A DNA stretch of 64,000 nt. It comes from Eledone cirrhosa (lineage: Eukaryota). The stretch covers positions 399,094,001 to 399,158,000 of the forward strand of contig OZ024740.1 in assembly GCA_964016885.1 (NCBI GenBank). The letters run 5' to 3'. The notes beneath the pieces were generated by a model. It was given only the letters and a program-made list of their open reading frames with translations. It was not told where the DNA came from and did not search any database. The position numbers were made by a program, and so were the translations under genes. Numbering within the stretch: position 1 is the first letter of the stretch; each line of letters starts with the position of its first letter. Of this stretch, positions 1 to 13,560 are shown piece by piece.

Positions 1-675
1 GCTCTGATAAAGCAGAACTATGATCATAGGTATTCCTGGCACAACCATCGCATCTTTTTCTTTTTAGGCATATTGTACCTAGGATTATTTTAGCCAATTT
101 ATTCTTATTTGAGCTAGTAGAGTTGGTTTGATGGGGATTTGGCTGTTATTTCTAGCTGGTCGAATGACTTCATGGGTGCTCTTGTTAGCTGGAATGAACT
201 TTTGCATCATTAAACTGGTATTTGGAACATAACTTAAAAGGTTCTGACGTAAATATAAGCACTGTAAATTAGTTTTATATAATAAAAAAAAAACCAAGAG
301 TGGTTTCAGGATGTTTGTATCAAAAGAGATAATAATTTGATGTCTAACATAAATATAAGTCCACATATTTGGCAGAAGAGTATAGTAGTTTATACTTGAC
401 AGTACTTGTATATTTTATCAACTCTGGAAGGATGAAAGACAAAGTCAATCTCAACTGAAAAGACACAACCAAATACCACACAGCATTTTGTCAGTCTACT
501 TATCTCTTCTAATTTTTTCTCACATAGACATAAATATGTAAAGTAGTTAAATATCTCTGGTTCAGCTCAGATTGAGTAGACTTGTGGCATGTATCTCATT
601 AGCTGAGCAACTAAGCATGATCCAAAGATTTGTTGTTCAGTACAACAAACTAGCTGTGAATTATACTGCACATGC

Positions 676-1850
676 GTAAAAGTTGGTGTCCATCAGGGCT
701 CTGTTCTTAGCCCCCTCCTATTTATTATTGCCCTTCAGGCTATAACAGAGGAGTTCAAGACCGGCTACCCATGGGAACTCCTATACGCAGATGATCTAAC
801 GCTCATAGCTGAATCAATGGCCGAGCTAGAGAAGAAATTCCAAACATGGAAGCACAGCCTAGAATCAAAAGGCCTTAAAATTAACCTGGCTAAGACTAAA
901 GTTCTAATTTGTAGGAAAGAAAATAAGGCGCCGGTCCCTTCCGGGAAATGACCATGCTCAGTGTGTAGGAAAGGCGTAGGTAGAAACTCCATTTTATGTC
1001 CCAAATGCAAAGTATGGGTGCATAAAAGATGTAGTAGGATCACAGGTAAGCTAACTAAGAACATAGATTTTACGTGTGGCCGGTGCTCTGGTGCAATAAG
1101 TAGCAGCAAGTGCCCACAAAATACTAGCTCTTTCAATTGCACAGAGGGTTCTATAGAAATAGTGGACAGCTTCCGTTACCTGGGCGACAAAATCAGCAGT
1201 GGGGGGGGGGGGGGGGCTCTGAAAGTACAGTAGCTAGAGTCAGAACTGGTTGGAAAAAGTTCAGGGAGCTTATACCACTATTAGCCGCTAAAGGGTTCTC
1301 CCTAAGAATGAAAGGCAGGTTGTATGATGCCTGCATACGAACAGCAATGTTGCATGGCAGTGAGACCTGGGCATTGTGTGCAGAAGATATACGCAGACTA
1401 GAGAGGAACGAAGCTTGCATGCTCCGCTGGATGTGTAATAGTAACATACGTGAACGGCAAAGCATAAGCGAACTAAGGAAAAAATTAGAAATAAGAGGGA
1501 TCAGATGTTGTTTACTCGAGAGAAGGCTACGTTGGTATGGTCACGTGATGCGCATGAAAGACGACAGCTGTATAACAAAGTGCAGGGCAATAAAGATAGA
1601 CGGTAGCTACGGAGTAGGCAGACCCAGAAAAACCTGGGACGAGCTGATAAATTCTGACCTAACACACTTACACCTCTCCAAGACAATGTCACTGGACCGA
1701 GACCTTTGGCGGTACTCAGTAATAGAGAAGACCCGCCTTACCTAAATACAAAGTAAAACCTACAACAGCCAGTAGGCATCTCTAACAAAATACACCTCCA
1801 AACCCATGCAAGCGTGGAACACGGACGTTAAACGTTGATGATGATGATGA
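676..1850 (+). mobile_element. RTE-clade LINE, 5'-truncated (RT C-terminal half, shortened 3' UTR, (TGA)n tail)
   Basis: Reads KVGVHQGSVLSPLLF...WELLYADDL, then ORF 1137-1745 (RLRWYGHVMR, GRPRKTW). Frameshift at the poly-G near 1201-1216. Ends in CCCATGCAAGCGTGGAACACGGACGTTAAACGT(TGA)n. Nearly identical to the copy at 40597-42223. Confidence 0.92.
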
Positions 1851-2485
1851 TTCTAATATACAGTGACAAATTGTAAGGGGTTCTATTCTTTTCAATGTGT
1901 AGTCTATTTCTGTGTGCCTGTAGCTTTTGATGTTAGGCAAGTGTGTGACAGTTGCTGTTTCTCTGTATTTATCATGGATGGTATGCATTCTAACTCAGTG
2001 GATTGATGAGACTATTGATATTACAGTTATTTCTGTGAATGCAATTTTTTTTATCTGGGCATAGTGGCAGAGATAGTTTTAAAGACGACATTGTAATAAT
2101 ATTCTGTATTATACACTATATAAATCCAACTGTTTCAGGGTGATTTGTTTTATGTAGTGAAGTTTTGAGTTTTAGGTAGATGTTAAGTTGTTTTTTAAAG
2201 TCATTGGTGATGTAACTAAAGTGATTGGAGTATCAAAACCTTGTTGAAGAATTGATTCTCTGAGAACTTTGGCTATGGTGTCTCTTAATTTTATTGCTAC
2301 TAAGTTGTTTATTTACTCTAAATGCAGTTTTCTAACATAATTTTGTTTTTCTCATTTGTCACTTCCAATTCCAGACTTAGCTTTTGTCTAGTTCAAACAG
2401 CAGATAGATTTGAATTAGTAAATGAAGATATAAACTATTAACTTAGTTGTTATAGAACTAATAAATTAAGAATAGGCTGTTGGTA

Positions 2486-2518
<33 letters not shown>

Positions 2519-2854
2519 ATTACCAATCTCAAAATAAAGACTGTTGAAACTTGTGCCAGATTTCTGTTTAGATTGTAAAATAGTTCTATTTCTCGGTACC
2601 ATCAAATTATTTAATTGGTATCTTAAACAGTCTGTTTGCTTTTTACACAAAGATGCGTTCATGAACGCGGTGCTTAACCCTTTAACATTTAAACCAGCCG
2701 TATTCGGCCAGAATTCTCTCGCATCTTTCTGTTCAAACTGGCTGTAACTGGCCGCTCGTATTGATGTTAAGGTATTGTTCTCAAAATAAATAATATCAAC
2801 ATCTCATAGACTTGATATGTGAGGTAAAGACTTTACTATGAAAATATAATAGTA

Positions 2855-3546
2855 CTAGCAGTGTATCCCGGCATTGCACAGTTAAGAACATTGGTAAATA
2901 GCACCTCGAATGAGAAACGTTTATTTGTGAGCGCCTGTTAAAAATTCACGAAAGTATACCGACAGGAAACTTGTTTTATTTGGAGAAAACTAAGAAGTTG
3001 AAAGTACAGTTTAGCTGTCTACGTGCATTGTTCATAGAAATATTGTTGAGCCCCTTCTTTTCATACTCCTCTGTTTTGGCCTTTTGGAGTAAATGTGAAA
3101 GGGAAAGTCGCAGGTTAAGTTGGCAGAAGGTTCCAGTGTCATAGCAGTAAGGCGTAGGCTACTTACCTCAAAAGTTCATTCGCACTCTTTCCACTAAGTT
3201 ACTCTTTCTCTCTATCCCTCTCGATGCAGTCCCTTGCGAATTTCTCGCGTAGGCTTGGTGTAGATTTGCACCCGATCCATCAATGTTTGTCAGAATGTCG
3301 CAATGCAGACAGCAAGGCATACAGACAGATATTATAGGGGCGCGACGGAGATGGATAACTGGCGCCTAACACCCCTTTAACAACAGAAAATTAAAAAATA
3401 AAAGCTGCAGTTAATATCTTTAGACCGTAAGGAATGTATAAATGCAAGTTTGAAGTCAATCGGAGTAGAAATGTGGATTTGTATAGATTTTGCAAAAATG
3501 AGGGGACACACACAGACAACTGCAGTTTTATATATATATATATAGA
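2855..3546 (-). mobile_element. Non-autonomous Helitron
   Basis: On the minus strand it starts A|TCTATATATATAAAA and ends with a GC-rich subterminal segment then CTAG|T, the canonical Helitron termini. Confidence 0.65.
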
Positions 3547-4289
3547 TATATAGAGTTATGTAAATATTAAAGGTCTAAAGCAAATTCATGTAATTCAAGT
3601 CTAATGTTATATTATATTTCTGATAAATAAAAGAAAATTAAAACCACATGTGTTATTTCGCGTAGTGAATATTTAATAATATTTTTTGAAGATGCATTAA
3701 AGCAAATTCGCGTACTTCAAGTTCACAAAAAGCGAACAGACTGTATTTGTTTTTATGGGTAAGAATTACTTTGTTAAAATATAAGAAAACAGATCTAGAT
3801 TTTGGTTTCTCTTTCTTAAACTTGTATATGACACTCGTTACTATGTAGTTATTTATAAATGACCCATATACAAATTTTCTTAGTGTGTGTTTATTAGTTT
3901 GATTTTATAAAGTTTGTGAATAATACTTATAACCTAATTTTTAAAAGTGTAGCTTTAATTTTAGCCTCTGTTATTAATTAATTCTCAGTTGTGTGTGTTT
4001 ATGGAAGTAATGCTTTAGAAAAATGTCACCAGGCCCCTGAAATTGTTAGTTTGAATATAGTTTTTTATCACTGGTATCCTAGAAGGAATACTACTATTAT
4101 GAGAAATCTTATCAAATCAAGTCACTTGTAAGTTAAATTGACATTAATACTGGACATGAAGAGGAGAGAGCCGTTAGTGTATGTTGTTGTTTAGACCTAG
4201 TTCAGTCCTGATAAAAATTATAATTAAAAGTATGCCAGCTACTATGAGCCATCCAGTCATTTCCTTTCTTCTTTCTTCTAGATAAAGGT

Positions 4290-4566
4290 GCAAGCATGGC
4301 TGTGTGGTTAAGGAGTTCACTTCACAACCACGTGGTTCTGGGCTCAAATCCCAATGTGGCACCTAAAGCAAGTGTCTTCTCAAGTTGATTGATGTCTTGT
4401 GAGTGAAATTTGGTTGATGGAAGCTGCAGAAGCCCATCATACGAGCCAAAAATAGAGTACATCAGCAAAACATGGTCACCTAACTAGTCAAGTCTCAGTA
4501 TTTGACAACCTATCCGACCCATGCAAGCATGAAAAATAGACTTTAAATGTCGGTGGAGATGATGAG
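4290..4566 (+). mobile_element. tRNA-derived SINE with RTE-like 3' tail
   Basis: A-box-like TGGCTGTGTGGTTAAG, B-box-like GGCTCAAATCCC, CORE-like GCAAGTGTCTTCT. Ends ACCCATGCAAGCATGAAAA...GATGATGA, like the RTE tail. Confidence 0.6.
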
Positions 4567-4621
4567 TATGTGTGTCTATGTTTACATTTGTGTCAGAGAC
4601 TGATTATGTCCTGTAACTTAA

Positions 4622-4828
4622 CCCTTTAACATTTATATTACTCTATACATACTATTGTATTTTTGTGGTAAAGCTTTATCTCACATAATATTGAATGTAT
4701 GAGATTTTGATATCATTTATTTTTAGAGCAATACCTTAACATAAGTATGAGTAGCCAGTTAAGGCTGGTTTGAAAAGAAAGGGGTGAAAGTATTCTGGCC
4801 GGATATGGCCGGTTTAAATGCTAAAGGG
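4622..4828. mobile_element. piggyBac-type MITE
   Basis: TTAA|CCCTTTAACATTTA ... TAAATGCTAAAGGG|TTAA gives TIRs plus a TTAA TSD. Related copies at ~60755-60961 and a partial one at ~2678. Confidence 0.75.
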
Positions 4829-6327
4829 TTAACAGTTCAACAAAAAAAGGATCAATAAAATATGTACTAGATTTGAAAAAATAACTTCTAGATGTCAATA
4901 TGATCAATGTGGAACCACAGCAAAGTTGCTGTCTGACCACTGAAACTCTTAAAATAATACTATATCCAAGGTTACATTTATTAATGAGTTTTTTCTTTTA
5001 AATTTGTTAGGGTGTAATTTGAGGGGGATTTTTATGTCATTTCTAGTTAATTGAGTGACCACAGAGAGGCTCCTTCTCTGTGGATATGTTAACTCGGAGT
5101 TTATACAGAGTTGTGCTTATTTCAATAAAGAACATGAAATATTTGGTATAAATTCTGAGAAATCATCATCACTGTTTAACTTCCATTTTTCCACACTAGC
5201 ATGGGTTAGACGAGTTGTCCTGTTGTGAGACAAGCCAGATCAGATGACCGTATTTTGCTCATACAGAACTGATTTTGGCTTGGTTTCTAAAGCTGGATGT
5301 CCTTCCTAATGCCAACTACCTTTACAGATATACTGACATTTTTATATAATAAGTATTGGAAACTGGAAAAATAACAAGATATGGTAGAATTGAGTTTCAC
5401 AGCTGCTTGAAGCATAACAGTTTCATCTCCTTGAATGACCAAATTTATTATATTGATAATGTATGAAAATCTATTACAAATAATATCCGAATCACATTAC
5501 AATTTAGGGCACATTCATTGTAGCAAAAATGTCAATCTTGACTCACAAAGATTGGGATACTCCCAACTATTTTACATTATTCTGGCCAACCTCAGCATTT
5601 CTAAAACTATTATCAAGTTCTATCACATTAAAACTAAATTGTGACAAATTTCTTCATCCAGTTTCTGGCAAGCTTCATGTACCAAAATATTTCATGATAG
5701 TAAATCTTTACTTGAATGAACATCTTCATCATTTTATATCCACTTTTCCATGCTTGCATGAGTTGCATGTGTCTTTTTTCAGCACAGCAGTCTTCCACTT
5801 GTCGCATTCTTTCACCATTTATGTGAGATTCAGGGTTAGAAAAAAATAAATGTGCTCTATTGATTTTTATCAAGTGGTGACTAGAGATCACTGGTAGTTA
5901 ATATTATCAGAAGAATACTTCTTACGTTAGCATAAGACCACAGATTTTAGAAGGGTGTTGTCAATTAAATTAATCTCATTATATGTCTGGTATTTATATA
6001 TTATTGTCCCTGAAAGGTTGAATAGCAGAATTTGAACTTAAACAGTGTGAAGAAATGGAATATTGCCAGGAATTTAGTCCTGTACTTTATTGCATCTGCC
6101 ACCATTTGTGTTCCTTGAAATAATTTCATTTGTCTGAAATTTACATTCAAAGAAATTGTAGGCTTTAATTATTGGTAGTAATTTCTCAAATTGATTATGT
6201 GTGTGTAAAAAATAAATTCAATTAAACTTTGATTTGTCCTCTTTTGAAATAATTCAGTAAATACTTTATTAAACTTTGATTTGTCCTCTTTTGAAATAAT
6301 TCAGTAAATACTTTTCTTCTGTTACAG

Positions 6328-6405
6328 GGGCTATTGATAATCTATTAAAGGAAAATGATTGCTTGATTTGTGCTCACTGTCCTGAGCCAATACCTATGTC
6401 TTCAG
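6328..6405 (+). CDS. Universal stress protein (USP-family) gene, internal exon
   Basis: Acceptor TTCTGTTACAG|, donor |GTGAGT. Reads (W)AIDNLLKENDCLICAHCPEPIPMSS, matching the USP alpha1-beta2 region. Phase 1 joins the next exon in frame. Confidence 0.8.
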
Positions 6406-8555
6406 GTGAGTAGGGATTCCTTTTTTTTCTTTTGCTTTTTTCAGGATTAACCATTAAGGAAAATAAGCATATGCTTAAGACATCAAGGGAAGAGGGGTAT
6501 CATTTTATTCAAATTAAATGTATTTGTCATTCAAGAACAAATTTTGTAGACTTTTTATATGGGGTGGGGGGGGGGGATCCTAATTCTTTAAGTGTTTATG
6601 GCCTCAAAAGGGCTTAATCCAACCTAGCCACAATATTATGATTTCACAGTGAATGCTTTCCCAATTTTGCAATTAACAGTTATGTTAATAGTGGTGGGAA
6701 CTTGTTAGTGACCCAACTATTGGTTTCTGGTTTTAGTTACTAACTAAAACTACTTCTTTGATCTGACCAAGGCAGTTTCCCATTTGTATATCCTGAATCT
6801 TATGCATTTCATATAAAAGAAAGTGCATCTGTTTCACTACACTCTTTCTTCTCATGAATAACTTTAAAAAAAAAAAAAAAGCAACACTAGAAATATTAGG
6901 CATCACGATTTCTGACTTTACATTGTAAATATATAGCTATAACAATACTATTCTTATTCATTAAAAGCTGATTGTTTCAGCTTTAGAAATAGAATATATA
7001 TCAGTTCTGAATATTTTGCAGACGTACTACAAAGCAGAAATATGCTTTGTATTAGAGTATTTTCTACATATCTGGATAGTAAAGTTATATACAGAAACAA
7101 TCTAGACCACTTCCAACAAAATCACCATCAAACTAATAGGTAAAGGCCCTCACTCACGAAATTGTTACACCTAGTAGACCAACAATCTGCTATTATGCTA
7201 CCAAAGTCAGCCTTCCATTTTAATGCCACCTTCCGTTTTATCTTCTCTGACACTTATTAAGCACTTGATCTAATCCTTTTCTTGGAATTGCAACTTTTTG
7301 AAATCCTTCCTGCTTTTCACCACCACCATCTGACATTGATCTGCAGAAGTTTAAGTTGAACAGCAACTGAATTGACTGCAACAGTCTGGAAATGGCTGTA
7401 AGATATTTGAGTACTGTGCATCAATTGCAGTACAGTACTTGAAAAGAAGCCTGCTCTATAGTGTGCCAACTATAGGGATGTGGTATTTGAAGAGGTCTAC
7501 ACATTTCCTATTGAGTTAATTGATGTTTTCTTTTCAAGTCTCTTTTGAATTACATAACATTTTTAGAAATAAATATAAAAACACTTTATAAACTACTTTT
7601 CTATAAATACATTACCAACATCAAAATTATATGGCCAAATTGCCAATTATGTACAGTTTGTTTTTCAAATTAGTAAAACTAAGCTATTGAAATCTTTTGA
7701 AAATGTACTGGTGATAATGATTTCAACAGTCTAGTGAAGTGGAGTATGGGGGCGTATTGGGAAATTCTTAGGAGCTTGGAATCATAAAATGATTAAGAAC
7801 CCTTAATTTAGATTGTCTACATTTAGTTGTAACGGACTTGGAATCTTGTGTGTTCTTGGCATCTATTGAAACGTTTTTCTTGTGATTTTCTCCCCTCATC
7901 CCTTTTAAAGTTCTTTGTCAATAAAGTTGTTACTTATATATGGCTGTGTTTTAAACTATTTTAGATTGCAGAACATTAAGAGAAAATAACGATTAGGCAA
8001 CTTAATAATTCTATTTTAAATTGACTGCAAGTAAATTTGTTTTCATATAATGCTGAATGATATTAAAATTATGGATAAAATTTTATAGTCATTATAATAT
8101 TGATACAACACAGTTCACAGTGATTACATTATCAGTAAAATGACATTATTACAACTCATCAGGCATTTTTATATACATATTTTAGCTTACATACATACAC
8201 ACATCACTCTCATACATGCATGTACACAAGACATAGGTAATATTTTCATATAAACTATAATAGCCAAGGAGTTTTTGTCTGGTTGTGTTTGAGGAGGAAA
8301 TGCAAAACTCTGCACCTTTTTCAGACCACCATGACTGGTCAGATGAAATTATCCTTTAGGGATATGTGGTAGTTTTTAATCAAGGCACAGATTAAGTCTA
8401 CCACCATCATGAGCTATTTAAAAATTCACACTTTTTGGTTGTTTGTAAATTGCTTTTGTATATTTTTTCACCTTGTTTTACGTTGTTTTTATATGATTTA
8501 CTTGAAGGTAATGTTGAAATTTTCCCCTTAAATATATGTTCTTTATTTCAAGCAG

Positions 8556-8650
8556 GTGACCCTGTTGCTATCAGTAACCAATTTAAAGCAATTGAAGATG
8601 GTGTACAGAACCTCATTGGTAATTATGCCGAGATTCTGAAGAAAAGTTCT
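8556..8650 (+). CDS. USP-family gene, internal exon
   Basis: Acceptor TTTATTTCAAGCAG| (alternative AG would start the exon at 8553), donor |GTAAGT. Reads GDPVAISNQFKAIEDGVQNLIGNYAEILKKSS. Phases 1/0 fit both neighbouring exons. Confidence 0.8.
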
Positions 8651-8863
8651 GTAAGTTTTCAATTAAATACTTTTAGGAAGATTGTGATATTGTTGGAAGG
8701 GATAGTTAACTGAAGTCACTAGTACCATACTTAACTGATGGCAGGGTTACTGTAGTTTGCTGGCTATGATCATTTTAAGTTTAAACACAAAGATGTTATA
8801 ACATTGTTATCAAAGCAAAGTACTTGGTATAAATGATATTGACATTGATTACTGTCTCTAGAG

Positions 8864-9022
8864 CAGGCATGTCAAACATGCGGCCCTTTACAAGCACACC
8901 TGCGGCCTGCACAAAGGTTTTTACAGTGCGAGCATGATTTATCTTCGTAATATAAATTGAAAAAAATTAGTTGTAATGTGCGCAATTAGTTGTCGTGTGT
9001 GGCCCTCAGTTTAACATGCCTG
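8864..9022. mobile_element. hAT-type MITE in a USP intron
   Basis: TIRs CAGGCATGTCAAAC / GTTTAACATGCCTG; 8-bp TSD CTCTAGAG / CTCTAGGG. Confidence 0.8.
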
Positions 9023-9584
9023 CTCTAGGGTATCTTGTTAGCTTTGTCCATGTTTAATCAGTTCATGTTGGGACCAACTTTGCCTTTCATCTTTTTCATT
9101 TTTTTCAGTTGTTGCTCTAAGCACTATTCCATATCACACCACACAACATATATTAAGATGTATTTGAACATTTTTCTTTGGATGACTTTTTTCATTTAAA
9201 AATTACTATATGATTTAATTTGGACCTTGCTGTCAATACATTTGACAACCATCAAGTGAATTTTTTTATGGCCTAGTTTCAATGAGAACAGATGTTGCAT
9301 CAGTTTTATCTATTGTATCTTCATGGACATACAAAAATTCATAGGTGTTTCATCCATGTTTTCTATACAGGATAAATTGTAATCACTTATTTTGTGATGA
9401 GCTCTGATAAATTTGTGGAAATCTTCAATTTCCTTATGTAATTATTTGAGCAATTTCTGATTTGTCTTAGGGCAAAGTCATTTCTTGTCAAATTTAAAGC
9501 ACCATCCTGCATTTTGTCACAAATTCTGGTATTCCAACTTTTTTTGTTGCTTCATTCAGTTTCTTGTATGACAATACATCTTTC

Positions 9585-10650
9585 ATCATCATCATCATTT
9601 TACGTCCGCTTTTCCCTGCTTGCAAGGGTGGGACAGATCCTATTCAGCACAGCATCTCTCTACTTGTCACGGTCCTTCATCATCTCCTCCATGAGTTTCA
9701 GCGATCTAAGGTCTGCTCTCACCACCTCCGCTCATGTTTTTCGTGGTCTTCCTTCTATTGGGATTCTTGGCACTTCTTTACCCAGCAGTCATCCTTCATG
9801 CGCATCACATGTCCTTACCATCTCGCTTTCTCTCCTGCACACCACAACTTATCCCTCTTATACCCAGTTTCTCTCTCAACTCATCTATGCTTCGTCGTTC
9901 ATGCACATACAATGGAGCATGCTTGCTTCATTTCTCTCCAGCTGTCGCATATCCTCTGCAGTTGCTGCCCATGTCTCACTACCATGCAGCATTGCACATC
10001 TCACACAGGCATCATATAACCAGCCTTTCGTATGCAGGGAGAAACCCTTTGTCAACAGAGGAAGCAGCTCCCTAAACTTCTTCCAACCCTTCCTTATTCT
10101 AGATACTATGCCCCCCCCCCCTCCCATGCTAATCTGATCACCTAGGTATCGGAAGCTATCAACCACTTCTATAGAACCCACCTGCATTTGAAAAATGTGT
10201 CTATCACTGTGATTACTACTGTCAACTTTCTCTGTACATCTACTGCATATGTAGTTTTCCCTACTTGTTAGTTTGCCTGCTATCCCACTACATTTTTTGT
10301 ATACCCAAGATCTGCATTGCATATATTTTATAGAATTTATGCCAGTTCCTTTTCTACATATCAAACATGGCCATTTCCCTGATGGAATCAGTTTTGTCCT
10401 CTTTTCTACTTAACAACACTTTTGTCTTAGCTATATTCATTCTCAGTCCTCTTGATTCCAACTGCTGTTTCCATAGCCAGAATTTCTTCTCTAGCTCCTC
10501 TACTGATTCTGCTATAAGAATGAGAGCATCAGCATAGAGAAGTTCCCATGGGCAGCCAGTCTTAAACTCCTCTGTTATGGCTTGGAGGACTATAATGAAC
10601 AAGAGCGGGCTGAGGACCGAACCCTGATGTACTGCTACTTGAAGTTGAAT
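9585..10650 (-). mobile_element. Degenerate RTE-clade LINE fragment (same PHD-in-RT family)
   Basis: ORFs 10354-10662 (VHQGSVLSPLLF, WELLYAD) and 9885-10364 (CRKGTGINSI..CRSWVYKKCSG, AMLHGSETW). (TGA)n tail at ~9585-9598. Confidence 0.88.
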
Positions 10651-10964
10651 ATGTATATACACAAGTATATATAGTAATTATGGTAATTAAAATTATACTC
10701 CGATTTAGTTGCTTGATTTGCCAAAAGTAATTACAGAATATACTTCATCAAACCATTTTTAAGCTAATAATTTAAAACATCATTTCTTGCATTAGAAACT
10801 ATATTGTTTCAAAAAGACATACCAAGCAAATATACTCTTATTAATTTCCCCTGGTGTTGGAATTTACCGAAACAAACACGTAGTACACAATTGTCTACTT
10901 CAATTCACCATAGATCTGCAACAATGCATTCATTATAAGCTTATTCTTTATTTTGTTGTTGTTC

Positions 10965-11620
10965 TTCTTCATCCACTTATTCCTGAGGGGGTCATGGGGG
11001 AAGAGTCCTTAAACACTCCTTCCACCAGGTCCTGTCAGAAGCAACCGTCTCCAATTGAACCAGCTGGATCCCCAAGCAAGACCAGCCAAGCTCATGGATG
11101 TTATCCAACCATCTTGCTCGGGGCCTACTCTTTCATCTCCTGCTGGTTGGTTTTGCCCATAATGTCGGAGCTGTGATCTCTCAATTCAGAGAAGTAGAGT
11201 AGCGGCTCTACTTGGAGCAACTCTGATCTCCGAGCTACGCACTCTATCGGGTAACGTTACTCCAAAACCCTCCAGGGGAATCCCATTTTGGCTGCTTGTA
11301 TTAGTGATCATATACTTTCAGTTATTATCCAAGATTCGTGACCACAGGTAAGAGTTAGCATGAATACCAAATTGAAGATAGCGAGTTTGGCTTTAACACC
11401 CCCCACCCCTTTTGATTATCGAGTGCTGAAGCTGGCACATTACTGCACCAGCTCCTGTAATTCTTGCACTTAATTTTGCCTCCTGCCTTCCATCACTTGT
11501 GAACATGACCCTGAGATACTTGAACCTGCTTCAGTGGAACTCCATTCACATGCATAGTGCACTGTGCAGGCTTCCTTGAGATGAGTCTTTGCAGCACTGA
11601 TTTACATTCCAGCTTTCTTT
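10965..11620 (-). mobile_element. Highly degenerate RTE-like LINE 3' fragment
   Basis: Minus strand near 11290-11355 reads LTCGHESWIITES, resembling the RTE LTYGHESW motif. Many stops. Confidence 0.5.
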
Positions 11621-11700
11621 TTCAAGTTTTTTCACCTTTTCATATAACTCCATCTTTTTTTTTATTTAGTTATATTTCCATTTACCTTATTATGTTGCAG

Positions 11701-11895
11701 ATTAAAGGGAAAGTTTTAAGACTCAATGGCAAACCTAAGGATGCTATTATTCAAGCTTCGAAAGATGAAAATGTAAACATGATTGTAACAGGAACCCGAG
11801 GACTTGGAAAAATAGGTCGTACTCTACTGGGCAGTGTTAGTGACTATGTGGTCCACAATTCTGCGGTTCCAGTTGTTATTGTCCGCAAAGAGTAA
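11701..11895 (+). CDS. USP-family gene, last coding exon
   Basis: Acceptor TGTTGCAG|. Reads IKGKVLRLNGKPKDAIIQASKDENVNMIVTGTRGLGKIGRTLLGSVSDYVVHNSAVPVVIVRKE*, with the USP ATP-binding motif G-x2-G-x9-GS and PVVIV. Confidence 0.93.
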   Translation: MKGKVLRLNGKPKDAIIQASKDENVNMIVTGTRGLGKIGRTLLGSVSDYVVHNSAVPVVIVRKE

Positions 11896-12471
11896 TCAGT
11901 TTAAAAATCGGTGACATTCCTTCTATAGTACCAAGTAAACTCTCCATATACCCATATACAACAAGGCTTCTTACTAAATCAGAATTCTTCTATTGCTTCT
12001 TTTGCTTTTTAATTCCTTTACAATTATATTTTACTTAGTATTTACAAAATAGTTTTGATAATTAGCATACACAACCATGGATTTCATAACGATTGTTAAT
12101 TTTTAAACTTTAAAAAAAAAATTTTCTTCTACTTGTTAATTAAAATAATTGTATGTAAGAGTGTGTTTATATATATATATAATGTATAATCACACATGCA
12201 AAACTTGACCTCTTTTTCTATCATAACCTTTTAAGAGATTATTAGTTGTATGATGATAATTTTCTTAACATTTTTGTTTCCTATTTGCCTCATTATACTC
12301 TCACTATTTTTATTAATAGAAAATGTTAATGTTTCTTTGTTGAAGAAAGTTTTGAAAAACTATTAAGAGGATGCAAAGAGATATCAAAACCTTCATATGA
12401 ATTCTATGAATCCATTGCTAGAAATATAGTTCTTTTAATAGATTTATTTTCTTCTCTTTTTATTGTTATTA

Positions 12472-12477
12472 AATAAA
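12472..12477 (+). terminator. Candidate polyadenylation signal of the USP gene
   Basis: AATAAA ~580 nt after the stop, followed ~20 nt later by a GT/T-rich tract (TTGTTTGTTTTGTTT). Confidence 0.45.
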
Positions 12478-12949
12478 ATATTTTAAAAAATTAATAATTG
12501 TTTGTTTTGTTTATTGAAAAAAATTGCTGTTTTTTTTATTTCATCGAAATGAAGATATGATTTTAAACTTTTAATTATTCATTGATATTATCACTATTCT
12601 TCAAACTCGCATCTGACTCCTTTCGTTGACAAATATTTCTTCCCTCTCTTCTGTAAATATTCTATTGACAAATCTTTCAAGCTAGGAAAACTCCCTGGGT
12701 TATTTGTTGAATTATTTCTTTATGTATCATCATTTTTTAACATCCATTTTTTCATAGGTTCAGTGAATCAAAGTGAAAAATGACATCACAGATTTTTGTG
12801 AATATCAAAATAGAGGCATGAAATTAAGCTAAGAGAATAATTTATTTGTTTGTTTGTTTATTTATTTTACATTCGTCACCAAACACTGTCATACTTCTTC
12901 CTTGACTACTAATTTTCTCTCTCTCTTCCCTAAATATTTCAATATCTAA

Positions 12950-13560
12950 GCCCTATCTGCTCAGTGGTGTAGTGGATCCCACACTGAAGTGTGACCAGCT
13001 ACCATTACACCAATTACTCAGCTATCTTGACAGCATGTGCATCAGCTTAGTATGCATTGATCTGGAATCAAATAACAGCATATAAAGCCCTTCCCTTTTC
13101 TGCTTACACACTGTGAGCACCTTCAGCAGCCATGTAGACTGATGTAGCTTGTCAGTGATGAATGTGACCTGACTGTTGACTGGTAACTCGAAATTAAATT
13201 CTGTACAAGAAAAAGATGGACACATGTTGCAGTGAAAACAGTAACTCTGAACAAAACGTGACACAGAATAGTTGAAACACTTTAGTCCTGACAACCTCAC
13301 TAATGCTGGTAGCAGGGTCTCGCCTTTGTTGACTGGTTTGTAATAGGAAGTGTATCCATCCAATAAAACCTTACCAAAATAATCATTGTCAAATAAAATG
13401 AAAAACTGATTGTGTATACCAGATTGACATTTTATCATGTTAGTGCTACGTATACTAGCAGGATGATGAAGTGGGAATATCTGGCCTTGTATGAAAATTG
13501 CTTGATAATCATCAAATGATAGCACCAGCTCTCTACCTTTCAGATGCAGAAAACAGAATC
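12950..13560 (+). mobile_element. Highly degenerate LINE (RTE-like) remnant
   Basis: Patchy LINE-like translations on + (e.g. SVQEKDGHML) with many stops and frameshifts. Confidence 0.3.

Noticed and set aside
13022-13525. 167-aa minus-strand ORF as a host gene
   Set aside because: No recognisable domain or splice structure; probably antisense of a decayed LINE.
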